A stretch of DNA of 63,458 nt, counting the filler, from Candidatus Woesearchaeota archaeon (GTDB lineage Archaea; Nanobdellota; Nanobdellia; Woesearchaeales; JACPBO01): NCBI GenBank assembly GCA_016180285.1. It is 3 parts of 3 records of this genome, joined end to end, with 100 filler letters (N's around TTAATTAATTAA, not from the genome) between each part and the next. Parts side by side here need not be neighbours in the genome. Positions count along the whole stretch, not along the records: positions 22,631 to 42,290 come from JACPBO010000023.1; 2 more parts are not named here. One strand, 5' to 3'. Position numbers and translations under genes: made by a program. The notes under the pieces were generated by a model. That model was not told the DNA's origin. It did no database searches and saw only the letters and a list, made by a program, of their open reading frames with translations. Of this stretch, positions 29,888 through 40,111 are shown piece by piece (position 1 is the first letter of the stretch; the number at the start of each line of letters is the position of its first letter).

Positions 29888-30556
29888 TTACCAAGAATTA
29901 AAATCGCCCAATTCTCCGATCTCTTTTATCTCAAAGTCCCATTTCCCTTTTGCTTTGCCTTCATATCCGTAGCTCGCAAAGCATGTCTTCATTCCAAGCT
30001 GCTTTGCCCCTTTTATATCTTTATCCGGCCTGTCTCCCACCATCAGGCATTCTGAAGGCTTCACTTTTAATTCTTTCAAAGCCGCTTTAAACGGAAATCT
30101 TGAAGGCTTTGGTTTTCCTGTGTCTTCCAGACCAACAACAATATCAAAGAAATCATCAATCTTCATGCTGACCAATCTGATCCATGCCTTAAGCTTGGGA
30201 GCATCTGAAACTATTGCCAATTTCAGACCTTTTTCCTTTAATTTAATCAAAGTTCTTTTAACTCCGGGATAAGGATGCAAAAAGCCTGTGCGAGCCTGCC
30301 TGTAAGCAACTATCGCATAAGCTAATTTCTTATAATCCGCAGTTCCAGTAACGTTTTTAAGGAATTTCTGGAATATCTTGGGGTCTTCAAGCCCTTTTTC
30401 TTCATATAGCTCATACAGGATTTCCAATGCCTTTTTCTTCGGAATACTCAATCCAGCATCTATCATTGCATCAATTGCCTCTTCACAGGCGATCCTCTTC
30501 ATCTTCATGAAGTCGATCAATGTATTGTCCAAGTCAAAGATTACTGCTTTTATCAT
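29888..30556 (-). CDS. HAD-superfamily hydrolase
   Basis: FDLDNTL, VSDA, KPS, MVGD...DIKGA. Confidence 0.93.
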   Translation of the reverse strand: MIKAVIFDLDNTLIDFMKMKRIACEEAIDAMIDAGLSIPKKKALEILYELYEEKGLEDPKIFQKFLKNVTGTADYKKLAYAIVAYRQARTGFLHPYPGVKRTLIKLKEKGLKLAIVSDAPKLKAWIRLVSMKIDDFFDIVVGLEDTGKPKPSRFPFKAALKELKVKPSECLMVGDRPDKDIKGAKQLGMKTCFASYGYEGKAKGKWDFEIKEIGELGDFNSW

Positions 30557-30592
30557 ATGCAGAAATAAAAATCCAGTTTATTTAAATTTTAC

Positions 30593-30814
30593 CTATTTGT
30601 TCGGCTTATTTTTTCCGCCGGATATTTTCTTAATGAAGTCTTTCAAAACAACCCAGATGCCAAGCACTATAAACAATACGAGAATAAAAACTGCAGCATC
30701 GCCTCCCCATTTGCCAAGAGCCGGGTTAATTAAGCTCAATATGCCGACTATAACAGCTAACAAAAAGATGATGTGCCATCCTCCAATGGCCTCTCTTAAT
30801 ATATTTGATGCCAT
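30593..30814 (-). CDS. Small 2-TM membrane protein
   Basis: Two hydrophobic helices; AAAGATTTATAAAT promoter. Confidence 0.7.
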   Translation of the reverse strand: MASNILREAIGGWHIIFLLAVIVGILSLINPALGKWGGDAAVFILVLFIVLGIWVVLKDFIKKISGGKNKPNK

Positions 30815-30874
30815 TTGATATTTTGATTGATTATTGATTTATAAATCTTTCTTGAAAATAAATGGCGTGTATTG

Positions 30875-31324
30875 CTAATCTTTCGCTGTTTCAACAACAT
30901 ATGATTTAGAAATTTCTTTAGAGAAATCGATCATATCGCTCCGTAAGACATCCACATACACCACCACGAACATCCAAGTCCCTGGTTTCTCAAATGTATT
31001 CACTTTCTCTTTATATGGGATGCCTGCAATCAGAAGCTCCACACTTTGGTCAGGTTTGATTGCGTTGATTGGTTTCACCGCTATTTCTTTAAATGAAAAG
31101 CTCGTTTCCTCCTCTAATACATTTCCATCAATTGTAAAGCTAATCCGTGATGCACTAATAGTTTTATTCTCTACATTTGTCAGATAACCATGAAGAACGC
31201 CAAGATCGTCTATGGTGAAATTAATCAGTTTGAGACTTCCCCGTGAGTGTGCTGCACACCCACTAACTAAAACGATTCCAAAGACCAGCACAATAATGAA
31301 TATTTTTTCACTCATTCTAGCCAT
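30875..31324 (-). CDS. Putative lipoprotein
   Basis: Hydrophobic N-terminus ending in the lipobox-like VSGC. Confidence 0.7.
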   Translation of the reverse strand: MARMSEKIFIIVLVFGIVLVSGCAAHSRGSLKLINFTIDDLGVLHGYLTNVENKTISASRISFTIDGNVLEEETSFSFKEIAVKPINAIKPDQSVELLIAGIPYKEKVNTFEKPGTWMFVVVYVDVLRSDMIDFSKEISKSYVVETAKD

Positions 31325-31397
31325 TAATTCTGAGATTATGATTATTATTTTTAAACTTTTCTAAAGAATCGAGTGGCTTTACAACACCCATCTTCCG

Positions 31398-33605
31398 CTA
31401 CCCTTCATATTCCTTATCCGCAACTTCCCTGATCTTCTTCGCTTTCTCAGGCCCGATCTTCTCCACATCCTGCAGTTCCTCTTCAGAAGCATTCACAACA
31501 TTCTTCACAGTCTTGAAATGCTTCAATAAAGGCTTAGCCAGCCCAGATCCAATTCCAGGAAGAGAAGAAATAACATACTCCTGCTGCTCTTTCAGTGTAA
31601 AAGGCTTCTTGGACCCATGCATTGAAAAATCGCTTCCGGTCTCTTCCTGCTCCCTGGCTGCGATCATCTTCAAAAACAAAGCAGTCTCCTTAAAATTGCG
31701 GGTGAACAATATCGGAATCCCGTAAGAAACTGCAATAGTTGCAAGCATACCCCTTATGGCATTTGCATGCACATTCCTGACAGAATAAATGTCTTCAGTC
31801 CCTTCAACAATTACAAGCGGCCTCTCATAATTCTGCTTCAAATCCTTTATCTGCTCCAGCAATCTTCCGTCAATTATCGAATTGACAAAATCTTCAACAT
31901 TTTTAAATTCAGCCGCGCATCTCGAACTCAGCAAATAGTCTGCAGTTTCAAGCTTCTCAAGCTTAAGGTCAACATTTAAGTCAACTAATTCTTTTATCAC
32001 TCCAGAGCCTTTTTCCCTGTAATCCGCGTATATTCTTGTTTTTTTCATCTGAACAAAATTATTAAGCGGCTTCTCCTGCCGAAGCACAGAGCTTATTTTT
32101 TCTTTGATGTTTTTTAAATGTTTGTACATCTTTTTTTCTTTATGATGCGCGCTCCACCTGTAAGCTTCATCTCTCGTATCAGCAGTCATCAGCATAATGA
32201 CCTTTCCTTTTTCCGATCTTCCGGTTCTTCCTTTGCGTTGTATCGTCCTAATCGCCGAAGGAATCGGCTCGTAAAATATTACTAAATTTACAGACGGCAC
32301 ATCTAATCCTTCTTCGCCAATTGAAGTTGCAACAAGAACATTAAACTCCCCTGCTCTAAATTCATCCATTATTTTCTTCTGCTCTTTCTGCGTCAGCCCG
32401 GTATCGCCTTTCTTTAATTGCCCCACAAATATCTTCGCCTTAACCCCCTCAATATTGTTCAACTTAGATGCAATATCAACAGCATTATCCCTGTACTGAT
32501 TAAACACGATCATCTTTACAGCTGCATCCTCTTTAATCTCTTTTTCAACAATCTTCTGCAGTTCAACTAATTTAGGATGCTCAACCTGCTCATCATAAAG
32601 CTTCTGAGCTTTAAATAACGCGCTCTTAAAATCCTCATCTTTTACAATGTTCTTTATTGCCTTTGTTTTTCCCGCTTTCTCTTCTTCAAGCAGTTTTTCA
32701 AAATATTTATGCAATGCTATTATTCCCTGTGTTTCCAAAAGCTCAAGAGCATGATAGATCTTCATAACTTCAGCTAAAACAGATATTGCAGTCAGAACAA
32801 CAAAATCCCTGTCTCCGGAAAGCATTCTTCCCCTAAGCTCGCCCTGCAGCGCAATCAAATCTTTCTTATTAACAAACCTTAACTCTGTTCTCCTCAATAT
32901 GCCCCATTTCTTCAGATTCTTTAATCTTTCATCAAGAAAATGCTGCAGATATCTCTGCACTTCTTTGAACAGAAGAGGCAATTCAACTTTAACCCAGTCA
33001 ATATTAACTTCCTGGATGTATGGCTTCACATCCTCGCTTTCATTTGTCCTTACTTCAATTTCCTCAATAAACAGATTTTTGCAAACTTCTTCTATTTTAG
33101 CCAAATCACTTCCGGGAGAGGCAGTTAATGCCAGTATTCTGGGATATTTTGCCAATTTATTATACATCTTTGCAATAAAAACATAAGCATAATCTCCAAC
33201 AGCGCGGTGAGCCTCATCAACCCCGAGCAGAGAAACCTCAGATAAATCAATCTTGCTGGAAATTACATCATTTTCCAGCCCTTGCGGCGTGGAAAAAATG
33301 ATTTTTGCATTCTTCCACAGCTCTGCCCTTTTCTCAGGAGCTACAAAACCCGTAAAAACAGCCATCTTCTCTTTTTCAATCTCAAAATGATTTTCAAAAA
33401 CAGAAAGATATTGATCAATGAGGGGCCTTGTCGGGCCAATAAACAATATTTTAGAATTTGGAAACTGCGTCAATCTATGAGCAGCCAACATCAGAAAAAT
33501 ATTTGTCTTTCCCATTCCGGTCGGCAGCACAACTAATGTATTCTTTCTAGACGCTGTTGCAAAAATAGTCTCCTGATAGAGCCTGGGAACAAAGTCTTTT
33601 ATTAT
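31398..33605 (-). CDS. hef: Hef helicase-nuclease (FANCM/XPF-ERCC4); apparent ATA start
   Basis: PRLYQ Q-motif, LPTGMGKT, DEAH, LTASPG, QRKGRTGR, ERCC4 domain (DYRE, EFK) and HhH motifs. The frame is open to 33605 and beyond, but no ATG/GTG/TTG lies upstream of 33530. Confidence 0.93.
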   Translation of the reverse strand: MIKDFVPRLYQETIFATASRKNTLVVLPTGMGKTNIFLMLAAHRLTQFPNSKILFIGPTRPLIDQYLSVFENHFEIEKEKMAVFTGFVAPEKRAELWKNAKIIFSTPQGLENDVISSKIDLSEVSLLGVDEAHRAVGDYAYVFIAKMYNKLAKYPRILALTASPGSDLAKIEEVCKNLFIEEIEVRTNESEDVKPYIQEVNIDWVKVELPLLFKEVQRYLQHFLDERLKNLKKWGILRRTELRFVNKKDLIALQGELRGRMLSGDRDFVVLTAISVLAEVMKIYHALELLETQGIIALHKYFEKLLEEEKAGKTKAIKNIVKDEDFKSALFKAQKLYDEQVEHPKLVELQKIVEKEIKEDAAVKMIVFNQYRDNAVDIASKLNNIEGVKAKIFVGQLKKGDTGLTQKEQKKIMDEFRAGEFNVLVATSIGEEGLDVPSVNLVIFYEPIPSAIRTIQRKGRTGRSEKGKVIMLMTADTRDEAYRWSAHHKEKKMYKHLKNIKEKISSVLRQEKPLNNFVQMKKTRIYADYREKGSGVIKELVDLNVDLKLEKLETADYLLSSRCAAEFKNVEDFVNSIIDGRLLEQIKDLKQNYERPLVIVEGTEDIYSVRNVHANAIRGMLATIAVSYGIPILFTRNFKETALFLKMIAAREQEETGSDFSMHGSKKPFTLKEQQEYVISSLPGIGSGLAKPLLKHFKTVKNVVNASEEELQDVEKIGPEKAKKIREVADKEYEG

Positions 33606-33628
33606 TTTAACCTCCCCGCAAAAGATAT

Positions 33629-34150
33629 TTATGCTGTAAGTATTGCGTATTCTGTATCTTCCTTAACCCCTCTTTTTCCCCATTCATCCGTAAGCTCGTC
33701 CCTTATTGCTATGCCTCTGACTCGCTTTTCGATCCACGCATCTGAATAGCCTTTTGCCTTGTAAAGGTCTCTCATGCGCTTTTGCGCCAGCTCAGGATCT
33801 TCTATTTCCTGCACTCTTTCATAGCCTACATTTGCTAACCAAAGCTTAAACGACTCTGCTTTTTTAGAAGGGATTGACTGGATTAAGCGGAATATTGTCT
33901 GCGTATTTGCGCAGTCAGTCTCATAGAACTTGCCATCAGATGCAGGTAATTTCAGTTGGTTACAATTTGTAACCACCTCACTGCTCTCCTCCTTCAATCT
34001 GTGTTTAAGCACTTTCCAATAGTTTCTTGGGTCTTCACTTTCAGCTAAAACTCCAATAACATCAACTACTGAAAACCACCACTCATCATTATGCCAGATT
34101 CTTCTTATCTTCTTGCCTTGAAAGGCAACTAATGCGTTATTGGTATCCAT
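33629..34150 (-). pseudogene. Bro-N domain protein, probably C-terminally truncated
   Basis: IRRIW...WWFSVVDVI, RLIQSIPSKKAE.FKLWLA. Ends at EYAILTA-TAA-ATA-TCT, where recalled homologues continue EIS. Confidence 0.65.
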
Positions 34151-34435
34151 GAGCTTATGTAATAACCTGCCCTTTAAATAGGTTATGGGCAGAGATGTCC
34201 AGTGGCAATGCGATTAAAGAGTGTTGTGCGAATATACTTGAACTCGAAAAATGATTTTCGGATTCTGTGTCAGATTATCAGTAGCTTCGCAGGCTCACCG
34301 ATACTATAACTAAAGATGAGATTCATAGAACTGGGCATTGTTCTTGTTGTACTGGTCTGGATAGGGTATGTGAAATTAAGGAAATAGGCACCACAACCTT
34401 TTTAAATGAACCCTTATTTCTCTTGATTGATCAAT

Positions 34436-34708
34436 ATGACAATAAGAGAAGGAAAAACAAAGTCAAGGACTTTCAGAAGGGTTTTTGTAAAGACACCCGG
34501 CGGAAAGACAGTTATTCATTATGAAAAGAGAAAGCCGTCAAAGGCGCATTGCGCTAATTGCGGGTCTGTTCTGAGCGGTGTTCCAAGAGAGCGGCCTTTT
34601 AAAATGATGAAGATGGGGAAAACAGAGAAAAGGCCTGAAAGGCCGTATGGCGGAATGCTTTGCTCGAAATGCATGCGATTAAAGATAAAAGAATCAATTA
34701 AAGAATAA
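34436..34708 (+). CDS. rpl34e: 50S ribosomal protein eL34
   Basis: KTPGG, CANCG..L.GVP, KRPERPYGG.LCSKC. Confidence 0.95.
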   Translation: MTIREGKTKSRTFRRVFVKTPGGKTVIHYEKRKPSKAHCANCGSVLSGVPRERPFKMMKMGKTEKRPERPYGGMLCSKCMRLKIKESIKE

Positions 34709-34769
34709 AACAGAAAAATCTCCCGGGGTTTTGGTGACAAATCCTTTGTTATGGAGATCGGAGGAAAAA

Positions 34770-35165
34770 ATGTTTGAAATCGGAAGAGTATGTGTGAAAT
34801 TAGCTGGCAGGGATGCTGGCTTAAAGTGCGTTGTTGTAGATGTTCTGGAAGACAGGTTTGTGCTGATTGACGGCGAAACAAGAAGAAGAAAGTGCAATAT
34901 ACTTCATTTGGAGCCTTTGAGCCAGGTTTTAAAAGTAGAGAAAAATGCTTCGCATGACGATGTTGCTAAAGCATTCAAGGAATTAGGCATTGAATTAACA
35001 GCAACAAAGCCGAAGCAGAAAACAGAGAAGCCGAAGAAGCTAAGGGGAAAGGAAAAGGGATCATTGAAAGAAGAGAAGAAACCGGCTAAGAAAGAAGCTA
35101 AGAAGCCGAAGGCCGAGAAGAAAGCAAAAGAAGTATCTGAAGAAAAAGCCAAATCAGAAAAATAA
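34770..35165 (+). CDS. rpl14e: 50S ribosomal protein eL14 with Lys/Glu-rich tail
   Basis: EIGRVCVKLAGRDAG, RRKCNILHLEP; SD GGAGG. Confidence 0.95.
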   Translation: MFEIGRVCVKLAGRDAGLKCVVVDVLEDRFVLIDGETRRRKCNILHLEPLSQVLKVEKNASHDDVAKAFKELGIELTATKPKQKTEKPKKLRGKEKGSLKEEKKPAKKEAKKPKAEKKAKEVSEEKAKSEK

Positions 35166-35169
35166 ATTT

Positions 35170-36834
35170 TTATTCTTTTTTATTTTTCATCGCTTCAAAC
35201 AGATCAGTAATATTAAGCTCAAACCCGACAACAGGCATTTCCAGATTGAAGTTGCTCAATACAGCAGGATGCAGCTCTCCAATATAAGCAACAGCAATGC
35301 CATTGACAGATATCCTGCCCGCTCTGCCTTCGATAAAAGAAGAATGATCAGCATCCTCAGTAACGTACTGCAAGCCGAGGCATCTAAATACATTATCAAA
35401 AACCTGCTTTATCTCTGTGAAATCTGCCTTGTCATGGGCAGCTAAAACTGCGATCCTTTCATAATCTTTTATCTCTTCTTTGTTTCTCACAGTTACAATG
35501 CCCTGCTCAAAGATCTTCTGCGGGTAATCAATATGCTTATTCTTAGCTAAAACCTCCATCAAAATCGGCAGCAGCCAGCTTCTGACAGCAGAGTAATTTT
35601 CAGACATGTAATTTTCAAGCTCAACTGTCCCGAAATCCTTGATGTTCATCTTCTCATAAAGAACTTCCTTGTTTGACAATAAAGGGCTCATTATTTCCTG
35701 ATAACCAAGACCAATTATGATCTCCCTTATCCTGTCAATGAAATTTATTATTTCTTTTGTGGAGCCGGCTGTATAGCTTTTAAGATTCTCTTCGCCGATC
35801 CTGTCATAGCCATACATGACAGCAAGGTCTTCAATAACATCAACAGGATGAAGAATGTCTTTTCTATAGCACGGGATTTCTATTTTATACCCTTTGAAAT
35901 TATAGCCTGCTTTCTCTGCTAAATTTTTAACTTCGCTGTCTTTTAAATCCAGGCCAAGCAATTCTTTTACCTGCTCTTTCTTTATCTTTATTGTTTCATT
36001 AAACATAAACGGAGTTTTTATTGCTTTATTAGGATATTTTATATTCACAGAATAGAGCTTAAATCCGCGCTCATAAAATGCCTGGGCGAATATGTTTGCA
36101 GCCAGATTAACTGAATCAAGGTCTGTGCCTGTGCATTCAAAGAACAAATCTTCTTCTCCGATTTCAACCTTGCCTGTAAGCGAGGAATTTATTATCGGAG
36201 GAAAACTTAAAACCTCTTTCTTAGTGTCAATTAAAATCGGATATTTTGAAAAATCCTTTAGAATCGATGCATATTCCTTTCCTTTTGGATGCTCTTCCAA
36301 TATTTCGCTCTGCGTCATCTCTTTTCTGAAGTCAAGAGGAATGAATTTTATGCTTTCAGGATCAGTTGCCTTGTAAATCACCGGGAATGTTATCTTTTTA
36401 TATGAATAAAGGCCAACTGCAATTTTCTGCCTTTTCTTGCCGTAAGTTTCGCAGAGCTTTTCCTGCAACTGCATTATCTGCTTAAGAAGGTAATCATCAA
36501 CCTTGTATCCTTTTGCAACGAATGCAGAGATATAAGGCCTTACCTTGTTGACGCTTCTGTCAACAATTAATTTATAATTTGATTTTTCAATTTTTAATTT
36601 TGGAATTCCTTTTTCTTTTCCTGAAATCCCCTTAATCAGCCTTGCAATGCCCTCTGCACTCCACAAATAAGGCAGATTGGTGTCATCAAAATCAACTGAA
36701 GCTTCATCTTCTTTTTCATCATAGCTTTTAAGCTCGCCTTTTCCGTATTCTATGAATTTTGAAAGTTCCTCTACAGATATCTTTTTTCCGGCAAGCTTCT
36801 GCAAGTCCTTGAATGAAAAATTTATTGTTGGCAT
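35170..36834 (-). CDS. pheT: Phenylalanine-tRNA ligase beta subunit
   Basis: MPTI, QLQEKL, LSFPPIINS, RKDILHPVDVIED, GELHP. Confidence 0.96.
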   Translation of the reverse strand: MPTINFSFKDLQKLAGKKISVEELSKFIEYGKGELKSYDEKEDEASVDFDDTNLPYLWSAEGIARLIKGISGKEKGIPKLKIEKSNYKLIVDRSVNKVRPYISAFVAKGYKVDDYLLKQIMQLQEKLCETYGKKRQKIAVGLYSYKKITFPVIYKATDPESIKFIPLDFRKEMTQSEILEEHPKGKEYASILKDFSKYPILIDTKKEVLSFPPIINSSLTGKVEIGEEDLFFECTGTDLDSVNLAANIFAQAFYERGFKLYSVNIKYPNKAIKTPFMFNETIKIKKEQVKELLGLDLKDSEVKNLAEKAGYNFKGYKIEIPCYRKDILHPVDVIEDLAVMYGYDRIGEENLKSYTAGSTKEIINFIDRIREIIIGLGYQEIMSPLLSNKEVLYEKMNIKDFGTVELENYMSENYSAVRSWLLPILMEVLAKNKHIDYPQKIFEQGIVTVRNKEEIKDYERIAVLAAHDKADFTEIKQVFDNVFRCLGLQYVTEDADHSSFIEGRAGRISVNGIAVAYIGELHPAVLSNFNLEMPVVGFELNITDLFEAMKNKKE

Positions 36835-38357
36835 CAGACCATCTTCTCCTTTCTTAAAAATCCCAGATCATGCGAAAATAATTCTCTTATATCTTTTATT
36901 CCGAGCTTGAACATGGCCAGCCTGTCAATTCCAATGCCCCACGCCAGGACAGGAACATTTATTCCTAGCGGCTTTGTCATTTCCGGCCTGAATATTCCAG
37001 ATCCGCCTAGCTCGATCCATCCCATTTCAGGATGCTTTGCATATAATGTTGCAGAAGGCTCTGTGAACGGGAAATAAGCAGGAGTTATTTTTATTTCAGT
37101 TGTGTTTGCGAATTCTTTTGCAAACATCTTCAGCAATCCGAATAAATGCCTCATATTAAGGCCTTCTTCAGCTATGATGCCCTCAATCTGGTTGAAATCC
37201 GCCAAATGCGTTGCATCAACAACATCTGGCCTGAAACAGCGCGCAATTGCAAAATATTTTCCGGGAATTTTTAACTGCTCTGAAGCAAGCATTCTTGCGC
37301 TTAAAGCAGTTCCCTGCGTCCTAAGCAAATGCTGCGCTGTTAATTTAACATCAAACTCATACTGCCAGCCTTTGCTTCCTGTGTTAAAGCCATTTTCATG
37401 AGCTTTCTTGACTTTATCAACAATGTCTTTTGGAAGATCCTTTGCAAATTTAGGATCTTTTATGTGGTAAGCGGAATGAATGTCTCTTGCTGAGTGGAAC
37501 TGCGGCATAAACAATGCATCCATGTCCCAGAAATTCGTTTCAACTATCGGGCCAAACATCTCTGTAAAGCCTAAAGCCAAGAATTTCTGCCGAACTTCAT
37601 CCAAGAATCTTCTGTAATGCTGCTTTCTTCCGCCGAAAATAGAAGGAACATTTATCTTAATGTCATATCTTCTGAATTCCTTCTCTTTCCAGGAGCCGTC
37701 TCTTAACATAGCTGAAGTCAGCCTGTCCAGTATATTGCCGACATCAATGCCTGCTTCAAGAATTTTTTTGCCGGTCTCAGTAAGCTCTGCTCTTTTAATT
37801 TTTACAAGATCCAATTTCAATATTTTTTTTCTTGATTTCAGCTCTTCAAAAGCATATCTTTCCTCTTCTTTCAGGCTTTTAAGCTCAACCGGGAATTGCT
37901 TTTTTAAGAAATTTTCTTCCATGCTGCCGTTTTCAATGATCTTTCTTCCCTGGTCCATTAGCTTGATTATAATGTCCTTGTCTTTTGTTATAAAAATGGC
38001 TGCTTTCTTCCTTAAAACGCCTAAACAGATGTTTAATTCGTCTTTACTCAAATTTGCCCTGTCTTTTGACTGATTTAATGTTAAATCAGATTTTCTAAGC
38101 GATTTTAATAATTTAATCTCTGGTAAACCTTCTTTAATGTATTTTCTGCCGTTTTCATCAATATTTATCACTTCTTTGGACTCTTCTGAGAGTTTTATTA
38201 TGTTTTTGTTCTGTAACCACTGCAATGCGCGCATTACTTCGACTTCTTTAAGCCCAGTTATGTTAACTAAGTCATTTAGGTAGCTGTATTTATCTAAAAA
38301 AGGCAGAACTCTCCTTTCCAGAGGATGCAGGGTGTTAATTAGCTTTTTAAAGTCCAT
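36834..38357 (-). CDS. pheS: Phenylalanine-tRNA ligase alpha subunit (archaeal long form)
   Basis: PQFHSARD, CFRPD, YFPFTEPS, ELGGSGIFRPE, GIGIDRLAM. Confidence 0.96.
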   Translation of the reverse strand: MDFKKLINTLHPLERRVLPFLDKYSYLNDLVNITGLKEVEVMRALQWLQNKNIIKLSEESKEVINIDENGRKYIKEGLPEIKLLKSLRKSDLTLNQSKDRANLSKDELNICLGVLRKKAAIFITKDKDIIIKLMDQGRKIIENGSMEENFLKKQFPVELKSLKEEERYAFEELKSRKKILKLDLVKIKRAELTETGKKILEAGIDVGNILDRLTSAMLRDGSWKEKEFRRYDIKINVPSIFGGRKQHYRRFLDEVRQKFLALGFTEMFGPIVETNFWDMDALFMPQFHSARDIHSAYHIKDPKFAKDLPKDIVDKVKKAHENGFNTGSKGWQYEFDVKLTAQHLLRTQGTALSARMLASEQLKIPGKYFAIARCFRPDVVDATHLADFNQIEGIIAEEGLNMRHLFGLLKMFAKEFANTTEIKITPAYFPFTEPSATLYAKHPEMGWIELGGSGIFRPEMTKPLGINVPVLAWGIGIDRLAMFKLGIKDIRELFSHDLGFLRKEKMV

Positions 38358-38451
38358 TTTCAACTATAATGGGTTATATGATTTGATATATAAAAATGTC
38401 GGAATTTCACATTGTGAAAAAGAATTAAAAAAAGAAGAAAATTAAAATGAA

Positions 38452-39270
38452 TTAAGCCTTGATGACTTTTTCAGCAGGCTTCATGTCTTTCCATGCAAGC
38501 TCAAACAGCTCTTCCAATGCGCCTGCAAAGAAAGGCGTGTTGACCCAAATGCCGACATCGTAAGTAGGATGGACATCCTTGTCATCAAGCACCATAAATA
38601 TCAGCTCTTTTCCGTCGACAATTATGAACCTTGCCTTGCTGCTTGTATTCCTTATATCTGCCACACTAGAAATGTCTTTTACAGCAGCTGCAGCTTCTTT
38701 TGTAATCGGGGCAGCTATTCTTATCTTAACTCCCCTTTTCTTCAGTTTTTCGAAAGTCGGCTTTAACCCCTCAATTTTTCTTATTAATCCTTGAGTTGTT
38801 GTCATTATTGTAACGCTTTCTTCAGCATTCCTTAATGTCAGTTCTATATGATTATAGAGATTGTGCCTTCCTCTAAGGCTGCCTGAAAGATCAGTCGGCT
38901 CAACCAATTCAATGCCTTCCTTGTGCAGGGTATTAAGTTCGCCGATTACATCTGTTCCTTTAAGCTCTTCCAGCCTTTTTACTTTGTCATCAGCATCTTC
39001 CCTCATGTTTTTCTTTACCCTTTCGATAACTTCAGAAGGAGGAACTGCGATGTACTTTATTGGCTTGCCAAGCTTCATCACAACAAATCCTTTTTTTTCA
39101 AGGCTTTCCAATACATCATAGCTTCTGCTTCTCGGAACATTCCCGATATCAGAAAGCTCGCCTGCTGTTGATACGCCTCTTGACAGCAAAGCTGTCCAAA
39201 TCTTCACTTCGTACAAGTTTAGAGAAAAATATCTCCTGAGTTTACTTAAAAATTCCTCTTTTACGATCAT
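38452..39270 (-). CDS. TrmB-family transcriptional regulator
   Basis: LNLYEVK...VPRSRSYDVLESLEKKG HTH followed by a PLD-like effector domain. Confidence 0.92.
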   Translation of the reverse strand: MIVKEEFLSKLRRYFSLNLYEVKIWTALLSRGVSTAGELSDIGNVPRSRSYDVLESLEKKGFVVMKLGKPIKYIAVPPSEVIERVKKNMREDADDKVKRLEELKGTDVIGELNTLHKEGIELVEPTDLSGSLRGRHNLYNHIELTLRNAEESVTIMTTTQGLIRKIEGLKPTFEKLKKRGVKIRIAAPITKEAAAAVKDISSVADIRNTSSKARFIIVDGKELIFMVLDDKDVHPTYDVGIWVNTPFFAGALEELFELAWKDMKPAEKVIKA

Positions 39271-39457
39271 TTTTACACCCCCCGTGAAAAAATCACTTGA
39301 AAACAAGGTATCAAAATAGTACTACTATTTATATGTTACTTTTTTTAACCATTTTTTGATACTACACGCTTGTATAAAGGGCGGTCATACGACTCTGGAG
39401 TGGAAACAGCTCTTTTCCATAATGTTTAAATATATTACAATAAAGAACAACATTATC

Positions 39458-40111
39458 ATGAAAAATCTGAGTTTTATAGAAACAAAGAAAATTTTAAAAA
39501 AATACAAGATGCCCTATCCGCCATCAGAATTGGCAAAATCTGAGCTTGAAGCGCGCAAAATAGCGGATAAGATTGGCTATCCTGTTGTTTTAAAAATAGA
39601 TTCTCCTGATATTGTTCATAAAAGCGATGTTGGCGGCGTCATAGCTGATATAAAATCCGGGGAAGATGCTGCAGCGGCTTATTTAAAAATAATAAAAAAT
39701 GCCGGGAAAATAAAAAACGCAAGAATAAACGGCATTATTGTGCAGAAGATGGAGCGCGGAACTGCTGTGATCGTTGGAATGAAGCGCGATGCCCAGTTCG
39801 GGCCTGCGCTCATGTTTGGCTTGGGCGGGATTTTTGTTGAGATAATGAAAGATGTTTCTTTCAGGATTGCGCCGATTGATAAAAATGAAGCGCTGGAGAT
39901 GATTAAAGAGGTAAAGGGCTATGAAATACTGAAAGGCGCAAGAGGATCTGAAAAGGCCAATATTGATGCAATTGCTGATATTATCTTAAAATTATCAAAA
40001 TTGGCGATTAAAGAAAAAAACATCATGGAGATTGACTTCAATCCAGTTATTGTAAATAAAAAAACTGCAAAGATAGTTGATGCAAGGATGATGATTAAGA
40101 AATGGAAATAA
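39458..40111 (+). CDS. acdB: Acetate-CoA ligase (ADP-forming) beta subunit
   Basis: GYPVVLK, HKSDVGGV, FGP.LMFGLGG, EIDFNP, DAR. Confidence 0.92.
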   Translation: MKNLSFIETKKILKKYKMPYPPSELAKSELEARKIADKIGYPVVLKIDSPDIVHKSDVGGVIADIKSGEDAAAAYLKIIKNAGKIKNARINGIIVQKMERGTAVIVGMKRDAQFGPALMFGLGGIFVEIMKDVSFRIAPIDKNEALEMIKEVKGYEILKGARGSEKANIDAIADIILKLSKLAIKEKNIMEIDFNPVIVNKKTAKIVDARMMIKKWK

